Below, one piece after another: positions 7,810 to 16,757 of a stretch of DNA of 40,006 nucleotides. The stretch lies in the IMG/VR virus record IMGVR_UViG_3300045988_085556, positions 1 to 40,006 of that record; one strand, written 5' to 3'. This stretch comes from a virus. The notes beneath the pieces were generated by a model that was given only the letters and a program-made list of their open reading frames with translations, was not told the origin of the DNA and ran no database searches. The position numbers were made by a program, and so were the translations under genes. Numbering within the stretch: position 1 is the stretch's first letter; every line of letters starts with the position of its first letter.

Positions 7810-7979
7810 TTGGTATATTCCTCCGCTAACCGCTCATATTCAATCCGTCCAATTTCTCTAACTTCACAGTTGAAACATTCCTCGAACTTGTCTGATGGTG
7901 CTTTTTCAGCCGGACTACCGTCCACTATTGACAACTGAGCTACTTGCCGTTTTCCAATTAACTCAAAATATCTCCTCAT
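7806..7979 (-). CDS. hypothetical 57-aa protein (alternative longer form starts at 8093)
   Basis: The internal ATG at 7979 has a strong SD GGGAGGA. The 95-aa form has only a weak SD and overlaps the upstream gene by 41 nt. Confidence 0.5.
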   Translation of the reverse strand: MRRYFELIGKRQVAQLSIVDGSPAEKAPSDKFEECFNCEVREIGRIEYERLAEEYTK

Positions 7980-8052
7980 GATTTTTCCTCCCGCCTGATT
8001 GCTGGTAATGCCTGCTCGTAGGTAGGGTCCGGGCAGCCTGATTTGTTTTTTA

Positions 8053-8256
8053 TCATCTATCTTTCTCCTTTCTAGGTATTCCAAAACTGTCATTTTTCCA
8101 CGTCCTTATGTCCTCCCAGAAATTTTCTATGGTTTTGAACCGGTATCCGCAACTCTGGCACTGCCTCCGCCTCAATTCTGCAAAACCGTCTAAGCTCTCC
8201 TCTGTATCCGTTACCTGCGTTTTGCCGCCGCATTTTTTACACTTCATGATTCGCAT
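8053..8256 (-). CDS. zinc-ribbon protein (NrdR-N-terminal-like CxxC…CxxC)
   Basis: MRIMKCKKCGGKTQVTDTEE…RRRQCQSCGYRFKTIE. The start was chosen downstream of the 37-aa ORF. Confidence 0.6.
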   Translation of the reverse strand: MRIMKCKKCGGKTQVTDTEESLDGFAELRRRQCQSCGYRFKTIENFWEDIRTWKNDSFGIPRKEKDR

Positions 8257-8257
8257 T

Positions 8258-8371
8258 TCATAAAATCGTAAGTGCTGCCAACATCCCAATCGCTACGCCA
8301 GCTCCTATCCATATACCAACATTTAAATATGCCACTGATTCCTTTATGTATTCTTTAATTACTTTTTTCAT
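8258..8371 (-). CDS. 37-aa single-TM peptide, below track cutoff
   Basis: SD GGAGGT 6 nt upstream of ATG 8371. Translation MKKVIKEYIKESVAYLNVGIWIGAGVAIGMLAALTIL. Confidence 0.5.
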   Translation of the reverse strand: MKKVIKEYIKESVAYLNVGIWIGAGVAIGMLAALTIL

Positions 8372-8554
8372 GATATACCTCCATTGTCACCTCTAAATTT
8401 AATTGTCGGTACTGGCTCCCAGCTTTGGCATACAGCCCAATCAATGCCCCCCGACTGGCATCCGCATATGGCGCGGCACTCCCGTTGCGTTCCGGCGCGT
8501 TATCTGCTCACCCTCTTTTTTATTGCCTATCTGGTTTTTGCTCCAGAGATTTTT

Positions 8555-8767
8555 TTACAAGGTCCCTCGTTCATCCTTGCCCCGTATTGCCGATAGGGCA
8601 GCATTTAACTTTATTTCCCTGTACGCTCTCATATAATTTCGCATATACCACCGTTCGCAATCTTTACAATAGCTGTTCCGGCGGTTCCGCTTTTTCATCA
8701 GCCGGAACTCTGTCTCCTCTTTTTTGGCTCGACATATGCTACATATCCTCATCTTGTTAATCCTCAT
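8555..8767 (-). CDS. hypothetical 70-aa CxxC…CxxC protein
   Basis: ORF with ICSICRAKK…YCKDCERW; overlaps the upstream gene end. Confidence 0.6.
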   Translation of the reverse strand: MRINKMRICSICRAKKEETEFRLMKKRNRRNSYCKDCERWYMRNYMRAYREIKLNAALSAIRGKDERGTL

Positions 8768-9029
8768 TACCGTTTTTAAGCAACCATTGGAAAACCAGAC
8801 GGTTTACCATATGCGTAAATCCTATAAGGTCCATATCATCATCACCAGTTATAAAAGTATACAAGAGATGTACTGCTATAATCATTGCGGTAAAGTCATC
8901 TGTAAGGTTCTCCTCTTTCAGTTCTATTTTGGGCATTTCCGTGCCTTCTCTTTCATCTACATCTAAATATAAGTCTCTCAATGCTGTCACAAACTTTTCT
9001 ATTCTTTTATCAAATTCATTTTTGTTCAT
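8757..9029 (-). CDS. hypothetical acidic 90-aa protein
   Basis: ORF in the early operon orientation. Confidence 0.6.
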   Translation of the reverse strand: MNKNEFDKRIEKFVTALRDLYLDVDEREGTEMPKIELKEENLTDDFTAMIIAVHLLYTFITGDDDMDLIGFTHMVNRLVFQWLLKNGNED

Positions 9030-9266
9030 TTTTATTTTCCTTTTACAATTCTTTTATCTTTTCACCACAGTTTCATCACATTTTCCCGGTATAGTAATAC
9101 TCAACAAAGGGCAATAACCTTTTTCATATAGACTTTTCTTTTTCATACTGCCGGGCCTGCTGACCCGGCCCTCCTACTTTTATAAGCTATCATCCACTTG
9201 TACATAGTCTTTATTTATGTGTACTGTCTCTGGCCTGTAGGTAATCCGATATGGTAAGTTGGCCGT

Positions 9267-9479
9267 TCATGGCTGCTCCTCTTGGTAAACCTCAAATGTT
9301 TCAACTCTTTCTACAATTCTTCTTCCCCTGCAACTGGGGTTTAGGGCTAATTTATTGTATATTCCCTTGGCGTCGCTGAACGGCATCCACCCCGCAAATA
9401 GAGTCCATTCTTCATTGCCACTTCGTTTCCAAAATACCCCATAGCTAATTTTGTCATCCAATGCTTTCTGATTGTTCAT
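9267..9479 (-). CDS. hypothetical 70-aa protein
   Basis: ORF; 4-nt overlap with the upstream gene. Confidence 0.6.
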   Translation of the reverse strand: MNNQKALDDKISYGVFWKRSGNEEWTLFAGWMPFSDAKGIYNKLALNPSCRGRRIVERVETFEVYQEEQP

Positions 9480-9636
9480 GGCTCTTCCTTCTCCACTATG
9501 TATTCAAGGTCTTCTCCTATCCTGTTGCACATGACCACTTTCCATCCATTATTAAGTAACTCTGACAGATATTTCATTTTCTCTCCATCATACCAGTATC
9601 CTTTTCTGACTGGTGCGGTTCTAACAACTTTCTGCA
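9476..9636 (-). CDS. hypothetical 53-aa protein (track ORF shortened to the SD-preceded ATG)
   Basis: SD GAGGAGGAAAACC before ATG 9636. Confidence 0.55.
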
Positions 9637-9980
9637 TGGTTTTCCTCCTCATATTCTGGTAGTTCCATCCATGCTGCGCAATTCTCCTGCCACCATTTTT
9701 TTCCCATACCGTATGTGGAATCAACAGTACCACTATATATCGTCAATCCTTTGTGGTATTTATCACTATCATATTTGCAAACTGTTATATACGCCTTTAT
9801 ATCATCCTCAGTCTTTGGTTCCGGTGGCAGGTCCCCATCTGCTACTCTATGCCAACTTCCGGCGGTTGGCTGCATCTCTATCAATTTGCATAGTGCACAA
9901 CACTTACCAGCAGGAAGATTATCCTTAATTGCAATGGCCGCCACCTGCTCCTTAAATGCATCCGCATCTATTAATCTCAT
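9621..9980 (-). CDS. hypothetical 119-aa protein (MRLIDADA… N-terminus common in phage early proteins)
   Basis: ORF. Confidence 0.65.
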   Translation of the reverse strand: MRLIDADAFKEQVAAIAIKDNLPAGKCCALCKLIEMQPTAGSWHRVADGDLPPEPKTEDDIKAYITVCKYDSDKYHKGLTIYSGTVDSTYGMGKKWWQENCAAWMELPEYEEENHAESC

Positions 9981-10073
9981 TTATCCAGTTCCTCCTTAAT
10001 GGCTCTTTCTGCATCCTCCCATTAAAGTCCTCATCCTCGGGATTTTTTATTTTTTCCATGTCTATACCTCCGC

Positions 10074-10322
10074 TTAAAACAGGCTTAACTGCCCGTCAAT
10101 CTCATGTTCTGGTTCTTCCGGCGCCACCACCCCCGGCAGGTGATCCAGCCCGAAGAACTTACATGCTACCCAACTCGGCTGCCAGTGCTTAGTACCCCCG
10201 GCCTCCTGGTATAGTTTGCAGTCGTAATGCTTCCCGATGCTGTTCAGGTTCGGGCACTCGTCGCAGTATCTCGGACTTGCGGTGCCGCCGGATCTCATGT
10301 ACATCTCACTGATCGCTCTCAT
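10074..10322 (-). CDS. hypothetical Cys-rich 82-aa protein
   Basis: ATG 10322 preceded by an AGGTG SD. Confidence 0.6.
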   Translation of the reverse strand: MRAISEMYMRSGGTASPRYCDECPNLNSIGKHYDCKLYQEAGGTKHWQPSWVACKFFGLDHLPGVVAPEEPEHEIDGQLSLF

Positions 10323-10797
10323 GGCTATCACCTATAATCTTTACCGGATGTCCAAGGGCTTTCTCTATCTCCGCAATGGTCATTTCTTTTGTCTCTTTTC
10401 GCTCCCAGATAATGGTCAGGGTATCTCTATCCATCATTTCATTCAATATTTGTGCATTTGTTGTGTAAACTTTCATGATGTCAAATTCTTCTTCACCATC
10501 TTCATCTTTTAAATCAACGTCCGTTCCTTGGCAATAGTTTGTAAAATTCCTCAGCATTCCATTCCACCATATAAACATGCCTCCATTCCTTAATTCACAA
10601 ACCATACCATCTTTCAGATCGTCTCTTGTCATCATCTTATCCTCCGTTCCCGGGATTACTCTATCCCAGCATTTTTCACAATCATTAATGCATTCTGCTT
10701 CGCCCGCAAATTCATAATATTCAAGACATTCTTTTATTTTTTCGCCTTCTTTTACTCTCCCTGGATATCTCATCTGTAGTTTTTCCCTAAATGTCAT
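10306..10797 (-). CDS. hypothetical 163-aa protein
   Basis: ORF in operon context. Confidence 0.65.
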   Translation of the reverse strand: MTFREKLQMRYPGRVKEGEKIKECLEYYEFAGEAECINDCEKCWDRVIPGTEDKMMTRDDLKDGMVCELRNGGMFIWWNGMLRNFTNYCQGTDVDLKDEDGEEEFDIMKVYTTNAQILNEMMDRDTLTIIWERKETKEMTIAEIEKALGHPVKIIGDSHESDQ

Positions 10798-11068
10798 GAT
10801 GTCCTCCTTTACGTTCTATCGCCGCCTTTATCTCTTCCGTGGTTGCCCGGATTATCTCTAGAGCCTCTGACAGCTCATATAATCCATTTTGCAGACGTTG
10901 GTCTACAACTTTACGTCTAAGGAGATAAATTGTCTCCTCGAAGCTCCCACAATATCCTACTGTATCGTAAATTTTATTCCCGTCCTTGTCCGTCTTACCT
11001 TTATCTACGGCAAGAGTGAATCCCATATTGTTTGTAAGTGCATAATAATTCTCAATCAGGTGTACCAT
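10787..11068 (-). CDS. hypothetical 93-aa protein
   Basis: ORF in operon context. Confidence 0.65.
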   Translation of the reverse strand: MVHLIENYYALTNNMGFTLAVDKGKTDKDGNKIYDTVGYCGSFEETIYLLRRKVVDQRLQNGLYELSEALEIIRATTEEIKAAIERKGGHHDI

Positions 11069-11069
11069 G

Positions 11070-11366
11070 TTATACCTCCTTTAATAATCCTTTTTCTTTC
11101 ATTCTGCCTATCTGTCTGTTGATTTTTTTATTCATACTCTCCTGCACGGTGGTCTGTATCCCCATGAGGTATTCTATCTGCATTATCATGATGCGGACAT
11201 CTCCTGCCTCTTCCGCTATATGTTCTATTGTTTGACGATACTGTGGATCATATTTTGCCGCTGCAGTTATCAATTCACCGCATTCTTCCATTAGCTTTAT
11301 TAGCTGATTATTTATTCCATATTTTTCCGCAACAAGCTTTATTTGCTCAGTATTCTGACTAATCAT
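11070..11366 (-). CDS. mazG: MazG-like nucleotide pyrophosphohydrolase (small phage type)
   Basis: EECGELITAA … EEAGDV motif pair typical of MazG/all-alpha NTP-PPases. Confidence 0.7.
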   Translation of the reverse strand: MISQNTEQIKLVAEKYGINNQLIKLMEECGELITAAAKYDPQYRQTIEHIAEEAGDVRIMIMQIEYLMGIQTTVQESMNKKINRQIGRMKEKGLLKEV

Positions 11367-11377
11367 ACCTTTATCTC

Positions 11378-12211
11378 CTATCCAACTACATTATTTAGCA
11401 TGTAATCTGCATTTTCTCTGGCTATTGTCTCCCGTACGCTCTCTTCCGGGAAGTGAATCTGAAATGTGTTTTCCTGCAGCCGGTTTGTGATCCTGCGGTC
11501 ATAGTTCAGACCGTCGAGCGAGAAGTTACTCGTCAGGATGGTTGGAAGCTTATTCAGATACCTTTCGTTCAGGATCTGATAAAATTTCTCCCTGATCCAG
11601 TCCTTTGTCTCCTCTGTCCCGAAATCATCAATCACAAGAACCTTAACTGTCTGCAGTGCATCCAGTAGATAGCCTTCCTGTTGCTTATTTCCGTTCTGTC
11701 CCCAGGTACTCTTAATCTCCTGAAGGATATTCAGGGATGTAGCAAACTTGACCTGTATGCCATGCTCAAGCATAAGTGCATTTGCAATACTGGCAGCCAT
11801 ACGGGTTTTACCTGACCCCTTTTCCTCGCTCCATAGATACAGACCCATTCCCTTCTCCAGCATAGCGTCTAGGTTTTCCAAATAGAATTTAACCCCCCTG
11901 CAAGCCACGGCAGCTATTTCCCTGGATTCATCCCTTGTGTATCTCCGCAGGTTAAATGTGTTGAGCCGTATTGCTTTAAGACTGTCAGGCAGTTCAGCAA
12001 ATCGCAGCCGTCTGTCCATCACCTTCTGCTCCCGGCACTTACAAGGCGCAGCGTATTCAACTCCATTTTCATCACGCTCATACACCCATTCTTCTCCGTG
12101 GCAGATCGGGCAGATATCACCATTCAAATCCTTCTGCTCCGGCGCCCTGCTCAATTGCCCGTCGCACAATGTCTGTTTCATCCGGTTCAGTGTTTCTTCC
12201 AGGTTCCTCAA
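11378..12211 (-). CDS. DnaC/IstB-like AAA+ helicase loader with N-terminal zinc finger
   Basis: Walker A EEKGSGKT, Walker B VLVIDDFG, CPICHG…PCKC. TTG start; overlaps the upstream gene by about 95 nt. Confidence 0.8.
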   Translation of the reverse strand: MRNLEETLNRMKQTLCDGQLSRAPEQKDLNGDICPICHGEEWVYERDENGVEYAAPCKCREQKVMDRRLRFAELPDSLKAIRLNTFNLRRYTRDESREIAAVACRGVKFYLENLDAMLEKGMGLYLWSEEKGSGKTRMAASIANALMLEHGIQVKFATSLNILQEIKSTWGQNGNKQQEGYLLDALQTVKVLVIDDFGTEETKDWIREKFYQILNERYLNKLPTILTSNFSLDGLNYDRRITNRLQENTFQIHFPEESVRETIARENADYMLNNVVG

Positions 12212-12929
12212 TCTTCTTTCCCCCTTTCTGGTTTAGATACCCTTCAAATTTTGTACCAAACAACGTAGCCGGCCTAAGATACTTATCCATATCCGCCCCT
12301 TTCCATTCGGCAGACTTGATGTCAATAACCCTACGAAAATCATCAAAAGTAAATCCATCATTAATCCTGGCTCGTATCAGTCTCCGCGTGTCCTTGGACC
12401 CCACCTGGAACGATTTCCCGGTACGCATATTCAAATACTCAACGATTTCCTTGTACTGGTACTTAGAATCGTCTGCCACAGGCGCATTAGATGTTTTATT
12501 CTTTACCTTCTTTTCATTCTCTATATTCTTTTCATTCTTGTTTGTGGTCACTTGCTGGTCAGTTGTTGGTCGTTCGCTGGTCATCTGTTGGTCAGTGTGC
12601 TGGTCAATCTTCTGATAAGATTCCCAGTTAAGTATTGTAATCAGGCTGTTTTTGTTACTTGCTTGCTGGTCAATCTGCTGGTCAGTTTTGAACGCATTTA
12701 AGATTCTTTTTACCTTACTTTCGTTCACGGATAAATCAGTGGCAATTTTAAGTCTTCCGGTTATCAACTGCCCAGGCTGAAGCATTATTTTCTCTCCCTT
12801 AAACATCACCGGACAGATCCCGTGTGAAGCTTTAAGGAGGAGATACACCCATACCGCCAGATGATCAGCATCTTTGCAGACAATAGGATTCTCAAGCATT
12901 TTCCTATGTAGCTTTATCCATCCTTCCAT
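12117..12929 (-). CDS. replisome organizer / replication protein (N-terminal wHTH, C-terminal Phg_2220_C-like domain)
   Basis: MEGWIKLHRKMLENP… N-terminus and YQYKEIVEYLNMRTGKSF…LRPATLFGTKFEGYLNQ C-terminal domain. SD AGGTGA before ATG 12929. Confidence 0.75.
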   Translation of the reverse strand: MEGWIKLHRKMLENPIVCKDADHLAVWVYLLLKASHGICPVMFKGEKIMLQPGQLITGRLKIATDLSVNESKVKRILNAFKTDQQIDQQASNKNSLITILNWESYQKIDQHTDQQMTSERPTTDQQVTTNKNEKNIENEKKVKNKTSNAPVADDSKYQYKEIVEYLNMRTGKSFQVGSKDTRRLIRARINDGFTFDDFRRVIDIKSAEWKGADMDKYLRPATLFGTKFEGYLNQKGGKKIEEPGRNTEPDETDIVRRAIEQGAGAEGFEW

Positions 12930-13317
12930 CCTTATCACCTGCCTCAATCAATGTCACTTCGATTCTAGGGTTATGTTTGTCCACGTGGAACTCATCCGAA
13001 AACCCAACTATGTGCTGCCACCCGTCATTTTCTATCACCCGGCATTTTACAAGTGCATCCTGAATGAACTTGTGAGCAACAGCAGCGATATTATCCAGAT
13101 CTCGCCGTCTATCTGGCTCGTAGAAGGAATAATGTATCATGACTGGCGGTTTTATTGCCTGGCGCTTTAGACTCGCTCTGATAGCGTTTGAGATGACCAT
13201 TTGGTATCCCTGTTTCATATCGTTGCCACAGCTATGCCCCCGGCAAAAGCTCCGCTCTGCTTTCAGGTATTCGTTCAGTCCCGGCAGCTTCCCTTTGATC
13301 ACGAATCTGTACTGCAT
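12904..13317 (-). CDS. rusA: RusA-family Holliday junction resolvase
   Basis: PDRRRDLDN…DALV…NDG motifs. Strong SD GGAGGAAGGAGG before ATG 13317. Confidence 0.8.
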   Translation of the reverse strand: MQYRFVIKGKLPGLNEYLKAERSFCRGHSCGNDMKQGYQMVISNAIRASLKRQAIKPPVMIHYSFYEPDRRRDLDNIAAVAHKFIQDALVKCRVIENDGWQHIVGFSDEFHVDKHNPRIEVTLIEAGDKDGRMDKAT

Positions 13318-13648
13318 ATTCGCCCTCCTTCCTCCTGTTCTCAAAGGCCATATCCATAAGGTGGCCTTTTACAATCAAGTCATGTGCTCTGGAATCATCC
13401 ATTTTCCGGTATGCCTTATATTCCAGCGCATCCACCGGATCTGATGGTATTGGCCGATAATAACCTGTATCACCGCAGATGATGCAATCTCCGTTTTTGT
13501 TCTCATGGTTTATCATCCTGCGCAGCGCTCTGTCTACTCGGTCCATTTCAGGCTGTTTGATATCAGGTCTATGTATTCCGTTTTTATGACCGTCTCCTAT
13601 CCTTACAAAATAGGATTCAGCCGTTTTCTGTATTTCCTCTCTCGTCAT
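13232..13648 (-). CDS. hypothetical 138-aa protein (3' end overlaps rusA by 86 nt)
   Basis: SD GGGAGAAGGGAGG before ATG 13648 (MTREEIQK…). Confidence 0.55.
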   Translation of the reverse strand: MTREEIQKTAESYFVRIGDGHKNGIHRPDIKQPEMDRVDRALRRMINHENKNGDCIICGDTGYYRPIPSDPVDALEYKAYRKMDDSRAHDLIVKGHLMDMAFENRRKEGEYAVQIRDQREAAGTERIPESRAELLPGA

Positions 13649-13710
13649 TTGCCCTCCCTTCTCCCCGGCCGTAACCGGGGAAATCATGGCTTGCAATAGT
13701 GTGTGATATA

Positions 13711-14052
13711 TTATGTATCCGCTTTGTGGTATTTCAGCACTTCGCGGGTCCATCCTTCATAGTGTTGTTTCATGTAGTCTTCGATGATATCCTGCATTTC
13801 ACATCTCAACCCCTTATTACCATTGTCAAGTAAGCTGTGGTGGTATCTGCATCCAGTCACACCGTTCTGCTCTATACCAAGCCCTCCTTGTGATTTATTG
13901 ACAATGTGCATGGGGTCCAGGATATGCAACCCAAATTCTTTATCTTGTGGCATATGGTAACCCATCTGGCAGAATATGCAGCCATTATCACGCTCCAACA
14001 TCCTGCGTTTGGTTTTACCATCAAATTGCAACGCCTTAGTCCTTCTTTGCAT
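13711..14052 (-). CDS. HNH endonuclease
   Basis: CIFC…MHIVNKSQGG…N…CRYHH pattern. Confidence 0.75.
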   Translation of the reverse strand: MQRRTKALQFDGKTKRRMLERDNGCIFCQMGYHMPQDKEFGLHILDPMHIVNKSQGGLGIEQNGVTGCRYHHSLLDNGNKGLRCEMQDIIEDYMKQHYEGWTREVLKYHKADT

Positions 14053-14587
14053 TCCACGCCTCCTTCATCCTTTTGAGGTCATCCGGTGTCATGGTCTCAA
14101 TCCCCTGCTCCTTTGCCTCTCCAACAACTCCATCAATCAATACTGACATTTCCTTTGTATCGTAGAGATGGGAGCCTTTCAGGAGGGCATAGTGGATAAA
14201 TTCCTTTTCGCCCACATATCCCTTGCCTATAGGCTTTGCATGCAGATCATAGCGTTTGCTGATATCTATATCAGACCGCAGGGAAAAGATAATGGCATTT
14301 CCGTCTTCATCCCGGTCTATCTGCCCATACTGGGAGAGGAGCATGTTATGCATCTCCTCTTTGCTTGTCCTCAGTTTCTCTGACAGTTTTGATACCAGCA
14401 CCCAGTAATAAGCATTTGCATCTAAAGACCGCTTTTTCCTAAATTTCTTTATAATGACATTCAGCAGGTTTACGCTTCTTAATTCCTCATATTCACCCCG
14501 TATATCCTCGTCAATCTGCAGGGTAAGCGTCCATTTACCTGATATATAATCCTTTGCAATACCTGTGATCCGTCCAGTACATTCCAT
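14036..14587 (-). CDS. recombination-module protein resembling the 'putative HNHc nuclease' (HNHc_6) / NinB-like family
   Basis: KKRSLDANAYYWVLVSKL motif; position next to the annealase. Confidence 0.55.
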   Translation of the reverse strand: MECTGRITGIAKDYISGKWTLTLQIDEDIRGEYEELRSVNLLNVIIKKFRKKRSLDANAYYWVLVSKLSEKLRTSKEEMHNMLLSQYGQIDRDEDGNAIIFSLRSDIDISKRYDLHAKPIGKGYVGEKEFIHYALLKGSHLYDTKEMSVLIDGVVGEAKEQGIETMTPDDLKRMKEAWNAKKD

Positions 14588-14599
14588 CCATATCCATCC

Positions 14600-15142
14600 T
14601 TACACTATTTCGCTTTTTTCATCCTTCGGACGTATATCATAAAGAAACACTCTTTTTCCAAGTGGTTTGTTTCTTATAGAAAGAGCAACTATCTTTTTAT
14701 CTTTTATGATTATCTGCTCTACAATAAAGCGATCTCTTGTCGTGTACGTCCCTGGGCGCTTACTGTTTTCTTCCAATGTCACATTTCCGTCTTTGGCACT
14801 GATCCAGATAAATGGAGCTGTATAAAGTTCCCGGCCGATTCCCCAATTGAAACAAGCACGCTTGAAAGAATCAGACGCAAGTCCTTTCTCTTTTTCAGTG
14901 TAAGATTCCGTTCCAGTATCTTCCTTTGACACCCAAGAATTTTTGATTCCGTCCCATATAGACACAATGCAGTTTGCATTATCTCTTGTATGGCTCCGTG
15001 TCCAGTCAAGAGGACCCACAGTTTCATCCAGAATATTCATATCGCACCTGGCATCTTTATACAAAAGCAATGACACTCCGCTCTTACTACAAGTAGAAAC
15101 GCGACACTCAATTTCATCCGCTCTCAAATCTCTAAATTTCAT
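14600..15142 (-). CDS. Rad52/Sak-family single-strand annealing protein
   Basis: KGLASDSFKRACFNWGIGRELY motif. Confidence 0.75.
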   Translation of the reverse strand: MKFRDLRADEIECRVSTCSKSGVSLLLYKDARCDMNILDETVGPLDWTRSHTRDNANCIVSIWDGIKNSWVSKEDTGTESYTEKEKGLASDSFKRACFNWGIGRELYTAPFIWISAKDGNVTLEENSKRPGTYTTRDRFIVEQIIIKDKKIVALSIRNKPLGKRVFLYDIRPKDEKSEIV

Positions 15143-15154
15143 TTTTTAATCCTC

Positions 15155-15394
15155 CTATAAATTCTCTGTCCAAAAGTAAAGGTTGTCTGATTCCTGGTCG
15201 TAAGATATCCGGTCCAGAAAATCATCTTCCGGATTATCCCCGTCAATTATCTTTGCCCCACCGCTGTAAAGCATTGTGATAAGCTTATTAATGATTCCGC
15301 ATATCTCCACAGGGTTTTTGTCCGCTGTGAGTAAAGCAATGATATCGACGCTGGTATTACAATCAGCTTCTATTCCGTAATTTACGTTTTGCAT
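15155..15394 (-). CDS. hypothetical acidic 79-aa protein
   Basis: ATG 15394 with a GAGAGGGA SD. Confidence 0.55.
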   Translation of the reverse strand: MQNVNYGIEADCNTSVDIIALLTADKNPVEICGIINKLITMLYSGGAKIIDGDNPEDDFLDRISYDQESDNLYFWTENL

Positions 15395-15648
15395 ACTTGA
15401 CAATCCCTCTCAATCTGTTCTATAATGAACTTTAGTAATATTTTGTTTAGTCCCTGATTGCTTCCCGGCTCCAGGGCTTTTTTATTTCTTAGTTCCCACT
15501 CTCTGGCAATCTCAAATCCAACCACCAGCAGAATAAATATAACTATGTAGCACATAACCGCCTGAGGTGCGTCCCGTGGTTGCCAAAATCCGGTTGATGC
15601 GGCAAGGGCGGTACAGATCGCGGCGTCTTTTACTGTGGTGTAGTGCAT
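15382..15648 (-). CDS. hypothetical 88-aa membrane protein
   Basis: ATG overlaps the upstream stop (TAATG); central hydrophobic segment. Confidence 0.5.
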   Translation of the reverse strand: MHYTTVKDAAICTALAASTGFWQPRDAPQAVMCYIVIFILLVVGFEIAREWELRNKKALEPGSNQGLNKILLKFIIEQIERDCQVCKT

Positions 15649-15875
15649 TACATCACGCACCCCCTTTGCCTTGCCAGATCAGCCGCCCGGTTCTGTCGGA
15701 TGAGATATTTCTGGAGCTCGTCCGTGTCAAACAAGGTTGGGCTTGTCTTGTTATTGGGATTGACCTTATATGCTACCTTTTGGCCTTTTTCATGGCTGAT
15801 TCTGCGCAGCATTTTCTCCGGGAATCCCATCTGGACTAATTCCTTTTGATACATTATTTTCTTTGGAAATTCCAT
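15648..15875 (-). CDS. small HTH DNA-binding protein (excisionase- or early-regulator-like)
   Basis: 75 aa, YQKELVQMGFPEKMLRRI… pattern. Confidence 0.5.
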   Translation of the reverse strand: MEFPKKIMYQKELVQMGFPEKMLRRISHEKGQKVAYKVNPNNKTSPTLFDTDELQKYLIRQNRAADLARQRGCVM

Positions 15876-15889
15876 CGTTACACCTCCTC

Positions 15890-15918
15890 TTGTTTTATTA
15901 CACTCCCCTGTCTATAAT
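15890..15918 (+). promoter_or_regulatory. promoter TTGTTT-17-TATAAT for moron 15967..16314
   Basis: hexamers at 15890-15895 and 15913-15918. Confidence 0.5.
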
Positions 15919-15966
15919 GTACTTACAGGCCCCGCCAGGCCAAGTAAAACAGAAGGAGAATCATAA

Positions 15967-16314
15967 TTGAAGTTTGACGTTCATCCTCCAAAGATTAACA
16001 TTGAGATTCCAAAATATGATGTTACAATGCCTAAATTTGATGTTCCTAAAATTGAACCTCCGGAACTATTATTTGTGAAAACTAAATCAAGACTTCCGGG
16101 GTATGAAGATTCAGTTTTAGCAAAAATGGCTGATGATATAAAGTCATCTTACGAAAAACAATTAAATGAAATCTCAGCGACACTTAACGAACAGCTTGAT
16201 ATGGCAAAAGCAGAAACGGTTGCCGCTAAAAAAGAAGCTCTTATTTCAAAGATAATTGCCATCGTTTCTCTTATAGTTTCTGTTGCTATTGGAGTAGTCC
16301 AAATATTCTTATAA
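15967..16314 (+). CDS. 115-aa C-terminally membrane-anchored protein (moron; candidate superinfection-exclusion factor)
   Basis: TTG start with SD AAGGAGA; repeated PK.D/PKI motifs; C-terminal TM IIAIVSLIVSVAIGVVQIFL. Confidence 0.6.
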   Translation: MKFDVHPPKINIEIPKYDVTMPKFDVPKIEPPELLFVKTKSRLPGYEDSVLAKMADDIKSSYEKQLNEISATLNEQLDMAKAETVAAKKEALISKIIAIVSLIVSVAIGVVQIFL

Positions 16315-16420
16315 ACAAAGATGTAACACTTATCAGCAAAGCACATATAGATATAACCTTTGCTTGTTTGCTCCACTTATGTGCTTTGCTCAAGTTGTCA
16401 TCCCACGGCAAATCTTCCAT
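16286..16420 (-). CDS. possible 44-aa TM peptide
   Basis: SD GAGGTGAGGAGA directly before ATG 16420. Translation MEDLPWDDNLSKAHKWSKQAKVISICALLISVTSLFIRIFGLLQ. Contains a 12-bp inverted repeat and overlaps the 3' end of the plus gene. Confidence 0.35.
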   Translation of the reverse strand: MEDLPWDDNLSKAHKWSKQAKVISICALLISVTSLFIRIFGLLQ

Positions 16421-16493
16421 TCTCCTCACCTCATTCATTTCTTTTTGTCATTCCGTCCATCTGGCCTTCTACTCTTCTAAGAAATACTCAATT

Positions 16494-16706
16494 TTATAAA
16501 AGCGTACTTTTAGACGGCCTGTAAGTGACATCTAACCGATCACACTCTTCCTTGTTCCCGGTGGCAAGTTCTGGATTAAACAATTTTCGCTGCACCCATC
16601 CGTCGGGGCCGGGAAGAGTTGCAAGAATAGGATATTCATTTATCTCCCTGTCATTAATTTTTAAAACTCCAGTATCAAAATCTATCTCTAGTTTCCTGAT
16701 TTCCAT
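16494..16706 (-). CDS. hypothetical 70-aa protein
   Basis: SD GGAGGTGAGAGAA before ATG 16706 (MEIRKLEIDF…). Confidence 0.6.
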   Translation of the reverse strand: MEIRKLEIDFDTGVLKINDREINEYPILATLPGPDGWVQRKLFNPELATGNKEECDRLDVTYRPSKSTLL

Positions 16707-16757
16707 TTCTCTCACCTCCTCTATTTCCCATAGTCATTGCTGTTATAACAAATTTAC

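Noticed and set aside
9030-9266. About 240-bp gap, and a similar gap at 8372-8554, as further non-coding elements
   Set aside because: They contain a GC hairpin (9151-9170) and short direct repeats (TTTCA(C/T)CACA, CTTTTTCATA), but I could not assemble a coherent promoter, terminator or RNA structure. They are left unassigned.
16149-16376. 75-aa minus-strand ORF antisense to the 15967..16314 membrane-protein gene
   Set aside because: It has no SD and is a shadow of the plus-strand gene. The shorter SD-preceded 44-aa ORF (16286..16420) is the only plausible minus-strand reading here.
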